54,425 nucleotides of DNA from a virus. Lineage: Duplodnaviria; Caudoviricetes. Position numbers and translations under genes: made by a program. Location: the IMG/VR virus record IMGVR_UViG_3300031965_000039, positions 1 through 54,425 of that record. One strand, 5' to 3'. Shown here one piece after another: positions 35,250-43,834 of the stretch. Numbering within the stretch: position 1 is the stretch's first letter; each line of letters starts with the position of its first letter. The notes beneath the pieces are model-generated. The model searched no databases, was not told where the DNA came from, and saw only the letters and a list, made by a program, of their open reading frames with translations.

Positions 35250-35861
35250 ATGGGTAACAAAACTATCGAAAAAATTTACGGTTGGGTAGAGTTAAGCGAT
35301 AATGCGAAAAAGTGGATCAAGCAGCGCATTATGAAAGGGAATCTCAGGTTGGCAGAGGGCTGGAAAGTGGTGCCGGCGCATCATCGTCCTAATCCGACTA
35401 TTCAGATTATTCAGGTTGGATATCCGGATTGCGAGGAATCACATCTTTACTGGTTTCTTAATAACCAGAAGCGGGACCGCAATGGACAGGTAATTGATGA
35501 ACCATTGCCAATCAAATCGCAACGGGATAAAGAATTTTTCCATGAAGAGAATGCCAAAATGCACGCTCGACATGGCTTCAAATTTTACAACATTCTCTCT
35601 TCGCGGCGCAACTATATTGAGCAGTACGATGTGGATTATCCAGATTTTGTGCGCGGTGGCAACAAAGCGCCTGGTGTGCGTCAGCCGGTGTTTGATGATG
35701 TGACAGAAGGTTTTAACGTGCGCCCGATTGCAACTGGTATAGACATTCCAGTTAATCAATCAGTTATTCAACCGCCACAGCCAGAGAGAAAAAAAGGTGG
35801 GCGGCCAAAAGGTTCGAAGAATAAGACCAAAACTGTTGAACAACTGGCGGCAACTGCGTGA
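35250..35861 (+). CDS. hypothetical protein with basic KKGGRPKGSKNK tail
   Basis: GGAG SD. Confidence 0.7.
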   Translation: MGNKTIEKIYGWVELSDNAKKWIKQRIMKGNLRLAEGWKVVPAHHRPNPTIQIIQVGYPDCEESHLYWFLNNQKRDRNGQVIDEPLPIKSQRDKEFFHEENAKMHARHGFKFYNILSSRRNYIEQYDVDYPDFVRGGNKAPGVRQPVFDDVTEGFNVRPIATGIDIPVNQSVIQPPQPERKKGGRPKGSKNKTKTVEQLAATA

Positions 35862-36742
35862 GCGATTTTAGCCAAATCTTAGAGAAGATAAGATCAAATC
35901 TTCTCGAGGCCGGAATCCGCTACAAAGTCATTACAACTACATCTGCTGGGGCGGCCGGTGGAACGACGTTTATTTCAACCGATATGGATGAATTAGATGA
36001 TGCCTGGAATACCGCAGAAGCCACTGTTCTTGCCGGTGACGCAGATTTGAACGGCCTGAAGCGTGTTGTTGAGGATTTTGCAGCTTCATCTGATACCGCC
36101 ACTTTAACGAATAATCCATTTCCAAAACAAGTAGGAAACGGATTGACGATCAGGCTATCGGAACCAGGTATTTGGGGTATTGATGACCTAAAACGATACA
36201 TTGTTCAGGCAGCTAATTACTTTTTGAGAAAAGCTGTTGATCTGAATGTCAACTACACTATCCGGGAAACTATCGGCGGCGTACTTGGAGTTTGCGATTT
36301 ACCTGATTCGGTTATGAAATTTGTACAGCCTATCGCAAAATTAGATGGTGTAGTTGTATCTTTCCTATCTCCAAATCGCGCCGCGATGCTGGATGAAAAC
36401 CCCTACCTGAATGTCACTGCTGGCACTCCAATAGGCTATTTTGTTGGGCGCGAAAGCGATTCTGAGGTAGTTGGGCAATTGCTTTACAAGCCAGCCGTGA
36501 ATGGAAATATTGTATTTAATTATGTTCCAGTAGCATTATTCGATACTACGGATAATTGGAAAGTGCCAGATGAAGCATGGGATGCTATTTCTGCTATTGC
36601 TACGGGCTATGCTTTACAGGCCAATGAACGTCCGGATTTGGCAAATATGTGGATTAGAATGGGATTAGGCTATCTTCCACAAGAAAAGACTACGGAGGAG
36701 AAGATTAGAGAGAAGCGATCAATGGAGGCGCAAACGACATGA
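35858..36742 (+). CDS. head-tail adaptor-like protein with inserted domain
   Basis: LKRYI-A...CDLPD...GTP-YF...Y-P...VPD-WDAI. Confidence 0.65.
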   Translation: MSDFSQILEKIRSNLLEAGIRYKVITTTSAGAAGGTTFISTDMDELDDAWNTAEATVLAGDADLNGLKRVVEDFAASSDTATLTNNPFPKQVGNGLTIRLSEPGIWGIDDLKRYIVQAANYFLRKAVDLNVNYTIRETIGGVLGVCDLPDSVMKFVQPIAKLDGVVVSFLSPNRAAMLDENPYLNVTAGTPIGYFVGRESDSEVVGQLLYKPAVNGNIVFNYVPVALFDTTDNWKVPDEAWDAISAIATGYALQANERPDLANMWIRMGLGYLPQEKTTEEKIREKRSMEAQTT

Positions 36743-37815
36743 AAGCAGTGCGTTGCACATTGCTTCTTGCAATATTGTTTTGTACTCAGATCTTTGCACA
36801 GGGTATCCCTTTTCGCATGGGTGCTCGCATGTACTTTATTGATGCAAATGGTGATACGCTTGGGGTTTTTGACGGAACAAGCAATATCATAGAATGGAGA
36901 ACCGGCGCAATTCGTCATATCAATGAATCCGCTACACAAATTGATTTGAGTTTTGATGGTGATGATGGTGTACTTGGTGATGAAGGTATTATCCGTCACA
37001 TGAGAGCTTTACAGCAGTTGCGTTTCTTTACGAATGGTACTGAAGCTGCTCGTATTGACAGTTTTCAAAACGTAGGGATAGGTGGAGGATTTGCACCATC
37101 GGCATTGCTTCATGTTCGAGGAGTTGCAAATACCAGCTTAGCTAAGTTCACGCCGACAACTGGATCGGGTTATGTTCTTATCTCTTCGGATGCTCAAGGT
37201 GATCCAATTTTTTCTATGTTAGATGCAACGGGTGCCGAGAAAAATAAGTTCTTTTCTGATGCGACATCAAGTTACATTTCTGGGAAGCTCGGAATAGGAA
37301 CGGACGCACCAAGCCAGAAACTTGAAGTAAATGGTTATGTTGAGCGGCATGATGTGACCGATTGGGATGCAATTGCCTGGTTTCCACCGAGTGATTCTGG
37401 GGCGGTTCTCGATACGTTGGATAATGTGATTGAGGTTCTTGGTTTTTATCACAATACCGATTCGGTTTATGCTGTCAACACATGGCAAGCCCCACCCTAC
37501 TTCACGGCTATTGACTCAATATGGGTAACAGTAGAGGCACCGAATACAAGCGGTGATTCTGCGGCCTATGCTTTGGCTAAACGCCAGCCGGCAGAGGGAG
37601 AGGCTGCAAATGGTTCCTTTGCAATTATAGATACTGTGATTCGAGATCTCGGGACAACTTCAAGAGCATTAAGGACGTTCAGATTTACTTCGGGCTTTTC
37701 TGGAATTGCTGCAAATGACATTGTTGATTTTAAGTTATGGCGTGTGAACAGTGGGGTTTCAAACAACGTGGCCGCTGTGGTAAACCTGAGACGGACAAGG
37801 ATATTTTGGCGATGA
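36739..37815 (+). CDS. tail fibre-like protein with signal peptide
   Basis: MKAVRCTLLLAILFCTQIFA/Q; NVGIG and GKLGIGTDAPSQKLEVNG repeats. Confidence 0.75.
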   Translation: MKAVRCTLLLAILFCTQIFAQGIPFRMGARMYFIDANGDTLGVFDGTSNIIEWRTGAIRHINESATQIDLSFDGDDGVLGDEGIIRHMRALQQLRFFTNGTEAARIDSFQNVGIGGGFAPSALLHVRGVANTSLAKFTPTTGSGYVLISSDAQGDPIFSMLDATGAEKNKFFSDATSSYISGKLGIGTDAPSQKLEVNGYVERHDVTDWDAIAWFPPSDSGAVLDTLDNVIEVLGFYHNTDSVYAVNTWQAPPYFTAIDSIWVTVEAPNTSGDSAAYALAKRQPAEGEAANGSFAIIDTVIRDLGTTSRALRTFRFTSGFSGIAANDIVDFKLWRVNSGVSNNVAAVVNLRRTRIFWR

Positions 37816-38507
37816 AACGTTTTCTGTTAATCTTTTTCCTTTGTGCTACCTCTGTATTTGGGCAAGTTGTTTATGACTCATTTACTGATGCGACTTCAAC
37901 ACCTTTGACGAGCCATACTACAGATACCGGACAAACATGGTCGTTACAAGTGGATCCGGTTTTCACAATACAAAATGCTTCAACATTCCCAACAGCTACT
38001 GGGACAGTAGCCAATTTGGGTAACGGTTCAACTCAAAGTGGAGAATTTGCTTATGTTGAAAGCGGCATTGCAGATGTTGACATTGAGTGCTACGTTAGAA
38101 CTGGAAATAGTCCAAGTAACAAATTTCCAGGTATAGTATTCAGGCATTCGACAGGAGAAAACGCACTGATTGCTGCTATAGGAACGGACGATGTTCTGTA
38201 TTTACAAAAGATGGAAACCGGAGTTATCACAGACGAAAATACTGTGAATGTTGGATTTGATGTTGGATTTTTAGAGGAATATAAATTGCGGGTTGTGGCT
38301 ATTGGATCGGCGATAACGGTTACTCTGACTTGTTTATCTGGGTCGGCTGGTGGATGTGTAACAGTAAATCTTAGCGATGTAATTACGTTTAACCAGACAG
38401 AAACTAAACACGGTATTTATGGGCGGGATTTAACAGATCAATACGATGATTTTACAGTTAATCAAGTAGGAAGTTGGCCGGTGCGTCGGAGAGGATTGAG
38501 ACGGTAA
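37812..38507 (+). CDS. lectin/ConA-like beta-sandwich virion protein with signal peptide
   Basis: MKRFLLIFFLCATSVFG/Q; DSFT...L-SH...GIVFR...YKLRV-G-I...HGI...DDF-V. Confidence 0.7.
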   Translation: MKRFLLIFFLCATSVFGQVVYDSFTDATSTPLTSHTTDTGQTWSLQVDPVFTIQNASTFPTATGTVANLGNGSTQSGEFAYVESGIADVDIECYVRTGNSPSNKFPGIVFRHSTGENALIAAIGTDDVLYLQKMETGVITDENTVNVGFDVGFLEEYKLRVVAIGSAITVTLTCLSGSAGGCVTVNLSDVITFNQTETKHGIYGRDLTDQYDDFTVNQVGSWPVRRRGLRR

Positions 38508-38509
38508 AA

Positions 38510-39118
38510 ATGGCTACGCATACTTTCAGAAAAACTTTTACTGGTACGATAAACCTGTCAACGGGATTTTTGTTGACTCAGACTTATTCTGGACTTGGAA
38601 CAAGTCTTGAAAATGTAGCACTTAGTTCTTTTCAGTCTATTCCACTGGTATTTTTAGAGGCCCAAGAGAATGTTCGGTTAAGAGCTAAGAATGTAGGTTT
38701 GACAAGTTTCGATGTGTATGTCGATTCGGTAGGTGATCCGCCTCCTTATACCAATGTTCAGGTGATGGTTGTTGGCGGTGGAGTAGTTTCGTTCGATGAA
38801 TCGGAAGGATTGCAAGCCAATGAACTGATAGCACGAATGTCAACCGATCCGAGATTGGATGCTTTCTTGGCTGAAAATAGAGAGAAACTATTTAAGGAAT
38901 TTCTCTGGCGCCTGATACATGAAGCGGAAATGGACACGCTAAAAGACTTGAAATGTCGGATTAAAGAGCAGGATATAACACTGGTACAAAATACCAGAGC
39001 AATAAATCTTCCTAACGATTATCTTTTGTTGGATTCGGCGCGGTACAAAACAAGTTCTGATGACGTACTGCTTGAAGGTTTAAATGTGGAAATAGTAGAC
39101 CAATCGGAGTTGCCGTGA
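38510..39118 (+). CDS. beta domain fused to N-terminal half of an adaptor-like protein
   Basis: ANELIAR...LIHEAE...ITLVQNTR-INLPNDYL-L. Confidence 0.6.
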   Translation: MATHTFRKTFTGTINLSTGFLLTQTYSGLGTSLENVALSSFQSIPLVFLEAQENVRLRAKNVGLTSFDVYVDSVGDPPPYTNVQVMVVGGGVVSFDESEGLQANELIARMSTDPRLDAFLAENREKLFKEFLWRLIHEAEMDTLKDLKCRIKEQDITLVQNTRAINLPNDYLLLDSARYKTSSDDVLLEGLNVEIVDQSELP

Positions 39119-41490
39119 AAAAATATATCATACTGATTTTGCTGGTATTTGTTGGACAGAGCGATGCCCAATTACAAAGGTATTTGCAGGCACTATCTGA
39201 CCATACAATTCTTCAAGGGAGTCCTATTGGTAGCACGCCAGTTTGGAATATCATTGATTCATTGACCGTGGCTTTGGATTCGACGATTGCCAGTTTGCAA
39301 AAGTATGGTTACAATCTTGGTAATTATACCACATTAGGATCAGCAGCTACAGCATCGGCGAATGATACGAGCTTATTGATTGTTTCTTCAAGGGTATCAA
39401 TAACATCGAACACGACACTTTCTGGTCCATCATCTATTCAGGTAAATTCTGGGGGCAGAATAAACATTACAAGTGGGGATACGCTCTTTGTTAATATCCC
39501 ATTTTATGCAGATAGGTACCAAGTGTTTGAAGGCTCTGGGGTAGTGCGGTTCTCGGCTGGGGTCGTGGATGCTGTAAAACCTGAGTGGTTTGGGGCACTC
39601 GGTGATGGATCAACTGATGATTCTTTTGAATTCAATAAGGCAATTCAAGCGATGCCAGATTCAGGTGGAACATTGCAATTATCAGCCGGAAGCGTTTTTA
39701 AAATAGATAGCCTTGAAATTTTTACGGATAATATAACAATTTCAGGACCGGAAGGAAGTTATGGTATTATAAAAATCGGTAGTGGGCAGGTTGTAACTGG
39801 CATTGGTTCTGATGTTTTTGCAACGAATGTTAGTCCTGCAGGAGTCTCTACACCACTGCGAAATATCTCATTCAGGAACATAAGATTTATCGATCAGGCA
39901 AGTGGCAGCAAAACACATTTTCAATTAAGTCAAATCACAAATCTAATTTTTGACAACTGTATTTTTGTTGGTGATGGAAGCGCAGCAAGTACTGGTTCTT
40001 TTGCTGCCATTAGGTATGAGTACTCCGTAAATGTGAACATCATAAATTGCACATTTGAGAACTATGTACGCTCGGTGCCAGTTGTTGGAAACTATGGCAC
40101 ACCTCAAAACAGTGCATTAAATAATTATCCAAAACTGGTTTTTACTGGAAATAAGTTTTTCAACACTAAGGCTATGATGGTTCACAACCATAACGATGTC
40201 AGTTATGGAGATCAATCTGATAATGGGGAATTTGGGCAAGTACGTGATTCATCTATGGCTGTGATTACTGGGAACATTGGCCGAGCCATGACGTCCGGAT
40301 CTCAGGCAGCTATTGGATTACAGCACATGAGTAAATGCGTAGTCAATAACAATGTGATAATCGGATACTCGACAGCGATTGATGCCGAAACTGCCGATGA
40401 AACAATCATGGATAGCAACTACATTTGGGGAGGCGGAGTTCGAATTGCCACGACCAATCTTGACACTTCAATGTATAAAGTGATTTTCAGTAATAATTAT
40501 GTTGATGGAGCCGGAATAGCAGGAGCCTCCGGATCTGGTTTAGTGGCGATTACTGGAGTTGCCTCAGATTCAAGTAGTTCTTTCATTTTTGATGGAAACA
40601 TGATCAAAAACAGTAAAGCGGATGGTTTGTTTTTGAACAATGTTAAGAATGTAATTGTAGCAACTAATCAATTTATTGATAATTTGCAAACGGCTGGTTT
40701 CGGAAATGGTGGGATAGGATGCCCACCAACTGGTTATCTCCATAACATAATGATTCGGAATAATCAGTTTATCAATACTGATTACTCAAGCCCTACTATG
40801 CTTTATGGAGTAGTAGTTAGAGGCTCAAGTTTGAAGGGGATCAGTTTGATCGGAAACCAATATGTGAACATGGCTACTGGAGACGTATTTGGGGAATCGA
40901 ATGCTTTCCGAGCAATGGAAATTTCCGATCAATTTAAAAGTAGGCTTGGAATTTATGCACCATCTGATTCATTACTTTTTCAAACTGGTTCTAACAAAAA
41001 TATCGTTTTTAAACCGGGCGCAGAAGGTAGGGTAGTAATTGGGGACGCCACATCGAGTTATTCAGGATTGACGATAAACGGTCATACTTCTGCCGGAACG
41101 CCAGACACGACACTTTATGTTTACAATGACGCTGGTTCAACCGCCGAAGCTGGAATATTTTTTGGGGCAGCAGTAAATCCATTTGCAGCAAATATATCCT
41201 CGAATCCTGTAAGTGCGACCGCTGGTACATTGAAATTTCGAACCAAAAAAGCTGGGACTATGACACAAGCGGTAACTATAGATTCTCTTCAAAATGTAGC
41301 AATTGGAGCAAGTAATCCATCAAATGCAAGTGTAAAGTTAGATATTCAAGGAACTACCGGAGCATTAAGGTTGCCAGTGCTTTCAACAACACAAAGAAAT
41401 GCGTTGACCGCTCTTGAAGGAATGCTGATTTTTAACACAACGGTTGATTCATTGCAATTTTATAACGGAACAGCTTGGAAAAATAACTAA
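39115..41490 (+). CDS. tailspike-like right-handed beta-helix protein with signal peptide
   Basis: MKKYIILILLVFVGQSDA/Q; PEWFGALGDGSTDDS-FNKAI; Asn-rich repeats; LPVLSTTQRNAL...GMLIFNTT. Confidence 0.85.
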   Translation: MKKYIILILLVFVGQSDAQLQRYLQALSDHTILQGSPIGSTPVWNIIDSLTVALDSTIASLQKYGYNLGNYTTLGSAATASANDTSLLIVSSRVSITSNTTLSGPSSIQVNSGGRINITSGDTLFVNIPFYADRYQVFEGSGVVRFSAGVVDAVKPEWFGALGDGSTDDSFEFNKAIQAMPDSGGTLQLSAGSVFKIDSLEIFTDNITISGPEGSYGIIKIGSGQVVTGIGSDVFATNVSPAGVSTPLRNISFRNIRFIDQASGSKTHFQLSQITNLIFDNCIFVGDGSAASTGSFAAIRYEYSVNVNIINCTFENYVRSVPVVGNYGTPQNSALNNYPKLVFTGNKFFNTKAMMVHNHNDVSYGDQSDNGEFGQVRDSSMAVITGNIGRAMTSGSQAAIGLQHMSKCVVNNNVIIGYSTAIDAETADETIMDSNYIWGGGVRIATTNLDTSMYKVIFSNNYVDGAGIAGASGSGLVAITGVASDSSSSFIFDGNMIKNSKADGLFLNNVKNVIVATNQFIDNLQTAGFGNGGIGCPPTGYLHNIMIRNNQFINTDYSSPTMLYGVVVRGSSLKGISLIGNQYVNMATGDVFGESNAFRAMEISDQFKSRLGIYAPSDSLLFQTGSNKNIVFKPGAEGRVVIGDATSSYSGLTINGHTSAGTPDTTLYVYNDAGSTAEAGIFFGAAVNPFAANISSNPVSATAGTLKFRTKKAGTMTQAVTIDSLQNVAIGASNPSNASVKLDIQGTTGALRLPVLSTTQRNALTALEGMLIFNTTVDSLQFYNGTAWKNN

Positions 41491-41711
41491 TGGCACAGGT
41501 TATTACTAAAGACGATCTTAGTAATTTACAGATCGACAAAAATAGATTAAAAACCATGACCCTTGATGAACTCAAAGGATTGGTTTTTGATACTCGAAAT
41601 AGTTTGCAATCGCGCAAGTGGGAAGCGGTTAGCCGATCCTCGCTTTCACAGTCATGGAGTTCGGTGAGCCGCAGTTTATCACAATCTTGGAGTAATCCAA
41701 CACGATCTTAA
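41490..41711 (+). CDS. hypothetical protein with Ser-rich repeat
   Basis: VSRS(S)LSQSWS twice. Confidence 0.55.
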   Translation: MAQVITKDDLSNLQIDKNRLKTMTLDELKGLVFDTRNSLQSRKWEAVSRSSLSQSWSSVSRSLSQSWSNPTRS

Positions 41712-41728
41712 TTTAGGAGCACAACAAA

Positions 41729-42253
41729 ATGAAACGACTTTGGTTGATTTTGCTAATTTGTTTGCCTGTGCATGTTTTTGCACAAAAGGTACACAACATT
41801 GCGACAGGGGCACTCATTACTGATTCGCTCAACGATAGTACCTTTATCATCTCTGCGGAACCTGGATTGACAGGGGTAAGGGTATTTGCGAGTGGAACTA
41901 CCGCAGATACTATCTTGACAAAGTGGGTCTATCTGCGTGACATTAATGGTGACATTGCGGTAAATTTCAGGAAGTATAATCTTTCTGGAAATGATTCGAC
42001 GCAATTAGCTATGCAACTTTATCATGGAGTTGGGACACCTGATAGCACTGGAATAACGACCAACCAGCTTGTTTTATCTAATACGGACACTACAATGAAT
42101 TGGTGGCTTCCGGATTCAACATGGTGGAGTAAGCGTATTCCAGTTAAATTCCGTTTTCGTCTATTAGAAAGAGATGATCAGAAAAATGCGTATTTGCTAA
42201 ACGTTAATGCTTATGGGCCAAGCGGCGCACAACCTTATCTTGACGATAAATAG
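41729..42253 (+). CDS. beta-rich virion-module protein with signal peptide
   Basis: MKRLWLILLICLPVHVFA/Q; AGGAG SD. Confidence 0.75.
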   Translation: MKRLWLILLICLPVHVFAQKVHNIATGALITDSLNDSTFIISAEPGLTGVRVFASGTTADTILTKWVYLRDINGDIAVNFRKYNLSGNDSTQLAMQLYHGVGTPDSTGITTNQLVLSNTDTTMNWWLPDSTWWSKRIPVKFRFRLLERDDQKNAYLLNVNAYGPSGAQPYLDDK

Positions 42254-42265
42254 GAGAATTCAGAG

Positions 42266-42565
42266 ATGATAATATGGAACGATTCTAAATTTGCCTATAA
42301 AGAGTTTGGCAAAGAAGGAAAATTGGCAGCAGAAGTAACAAGCACTGCGGAAGTGCAAACACCCAATGGTGTGCTTTCTGTGCGTCCTGGGGATAAGATT
42401 GTGATAAATGCGCGTGGAAATCAATTTGAAGTTGTACGGGCTTCGGTTGTGGAATCAGTCAAAGGAACCGTAAAAGAGACCGTAGAGACGGTCAAAGAAA
42501 CTGTAACTCAACCTTTCAAGAGTTCTAAAAAGAAGGGTAGAAAAGATGCCAGCAAAAGCAACTAA
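42266..42565 (+). CDS. hypothetical protein
   Basis: AGGAG SD; T-NG-V-PGD-IV motif like 7212-7535. Confidence 0.65.
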   Translation: MIIWNDSKFAYKEFGKEGKLAAEVTSTAEVQTPNGVLSVRPGDKIVINARGNQFEVVRASVVESVKGTVKETVETVKETVTQPFKSSKKKGRKDASKSN

Positions 42566-42767
42566 AAATCAGCAGGCCAAAGTTCACAAGGTGATGTCCG
42601 AGTATAAAGAAGGGACATTGCATTCTGGATCGGGGGCAAAGGTAACTGAACGTGATCAAGCTATTGCAATAGGGATGTCAGAGGCAGGATTGAGCAAAGG
42701 GAAAAAGAAGATGCGTAACCCCAAGGAGCGCGTAATTCAGAAAAAGAAACTGTGGAAGATGTGCTAA
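42546..42767 (+). CDS. DUF6496-like basic protein
   Basis: KV-KVM-EYK-GTLHSGSG-KV-R-QAIAI-MSEA. Confidence 0.85.
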   Translation: MPAKATKNQQAKVHKVMSEYKEGTLHSGSGAKVTERDQAIAIGMSEAGLSKGKKKMRNPKERVIQKKKLWKMC

Positions 42768-43423
42768 GAACGTCTTTTAACCGGTGTGTTAATAGCTTTC
42801 ATAAGTGACCACTTTCTAAGTCGAAAAACAAAAGTTTGATATGGAATATTATATCGACGTGCAATTTGAGCCATAGTTAAATGTTCATCACCAATAGTAA
42901 AATATCGATTATTTCGTTTATTGTTAGCTTGCTCTATTTTCGTTTCCCAACGAACATTCAATGGCCAACTGTTAGCAAGACATTCTTTGCATTTGCCGCA
43001 AGAATAGTGACCGTTATTATTAATGCGACCAAGAGAATATTCAAAAGAAGGACGTTTGCCAACATCAGCAAAAAAAATTGGGAAAGAATTATACCAACAT
43101 TCGCAAACTTTTATTCCTCTACCACCATAAAGATGATAATCTTTGTGAGATTTAGTATGACAACGCTTTCTGATATTTCCCCATGTTATATATTCAGTGG
43201 TTCTATTCCCTTTGCTATCTGTATGTCCATGTTTAAAATTATTAAATTTTTTAAGACAACCACATGAACGAATATGACCAGAACGTAAATTAAAAGTAGC
43301 AACAATTGTGGTTTTACCGCAATCACAGAGGCAAATCCATTTAGTTCTTCCAGTTACTTTTGGAAGTTCTTTTATGACAGTAAGAAGATCAAAACGATGA
43401 TTTAATAGGTTAAGCTTTCTCAT
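42764..43423 (-). CDS. HNH-type homing endonuclease
   Basis: WICLCDCG...SCGC...YGGRGIKVC..W...RINNNGHY...NVRW; antisense with own promoter. Confidence 0.85.
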   Translation of the reverse strand: MRKLNLLNHRFDLLTVIKELPKVTGRTKWICLCDCGKTTIVATFNLRSGHIRSCGCLKKFNNFKHGHTDSKGNRTTEYITWGNIRKRCHTKSHKDYHLYGGRGIKVCECWYNSFPIFFADVGKRPSFEYSLGRINNNGHYSCGKCKECLANSWPLNVRWETKIEQANNKRNNRYFTIGDEHLTMAQIARRYNIPYQTFVFRLRKWSLMKAINTPVKRRS

Positions 43424-43430
43424 TAAAATA

Positions 43431-43459
43431 AATATATGTCAATTTACTATAAAAGTCAA
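43431..43459 (-). promoter_or_regulatory. sigma70-type promoter of HNH gene
   Basis: TTGACT-N17-TATATT. Confidence 0.65.
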
Positions 43460-43480
43460 TACTAATTTAATGAGGCCATA

Positions 43481-43831
43481 GTGGGACAGACAATAAATCT
43501 TCCGGTAGGACCGCCATTTCGCGGATGTTTGGTGCGTACAAATCCGATCCAGTTACGCCTATATTCTAAGGCCGATCAAGATTATACGCTCAGAATCACA
43601 TATATACCTGTACCACCAACTATAACATCAGCTTCACAAGCCTTGTATACACCGGCGATCTATAATGAAGCCGTCTATCTTAAGTTTGTGGAGAAAACCG
43701 CACTGGCAATGGGTGAGGCAGAATTAGCAGTTTTCTATCGGCAGCTTTACGATGATGAAGTGAGACGGAATCGGTTTCTTGCAACACAGCAGCATAGGCA
43801 AGCCATGAAACTCAACTTTAGCTGGTGTTGA
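43481..43831 (+). CDS. C-terminal half of an adaptor-like protein
   Basis: G-P...LRLY-ADQDYTLRITY-P-P...P-YNEAV...A-FY-Q-Y. Confidence 0.65.
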   Translation: MGQTINLPVGPPFRGCLVRTNPIQLRLYSKADQDYTLRITYIPVPPTITSASQALYTPAIYNEAVYLKFVEKTALAMGEAELAVFYRQLYDDEVRRNRFLATQQHRQAMKLNFSWC

Positions 43832-43834
43832 TAA

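Noticed and set aside
39119-43480. Self-splicing intron or intein explaining the split adaptor
   Set aside because: Interval is filled with ordinary genes; no intron core or intein motifs recognised
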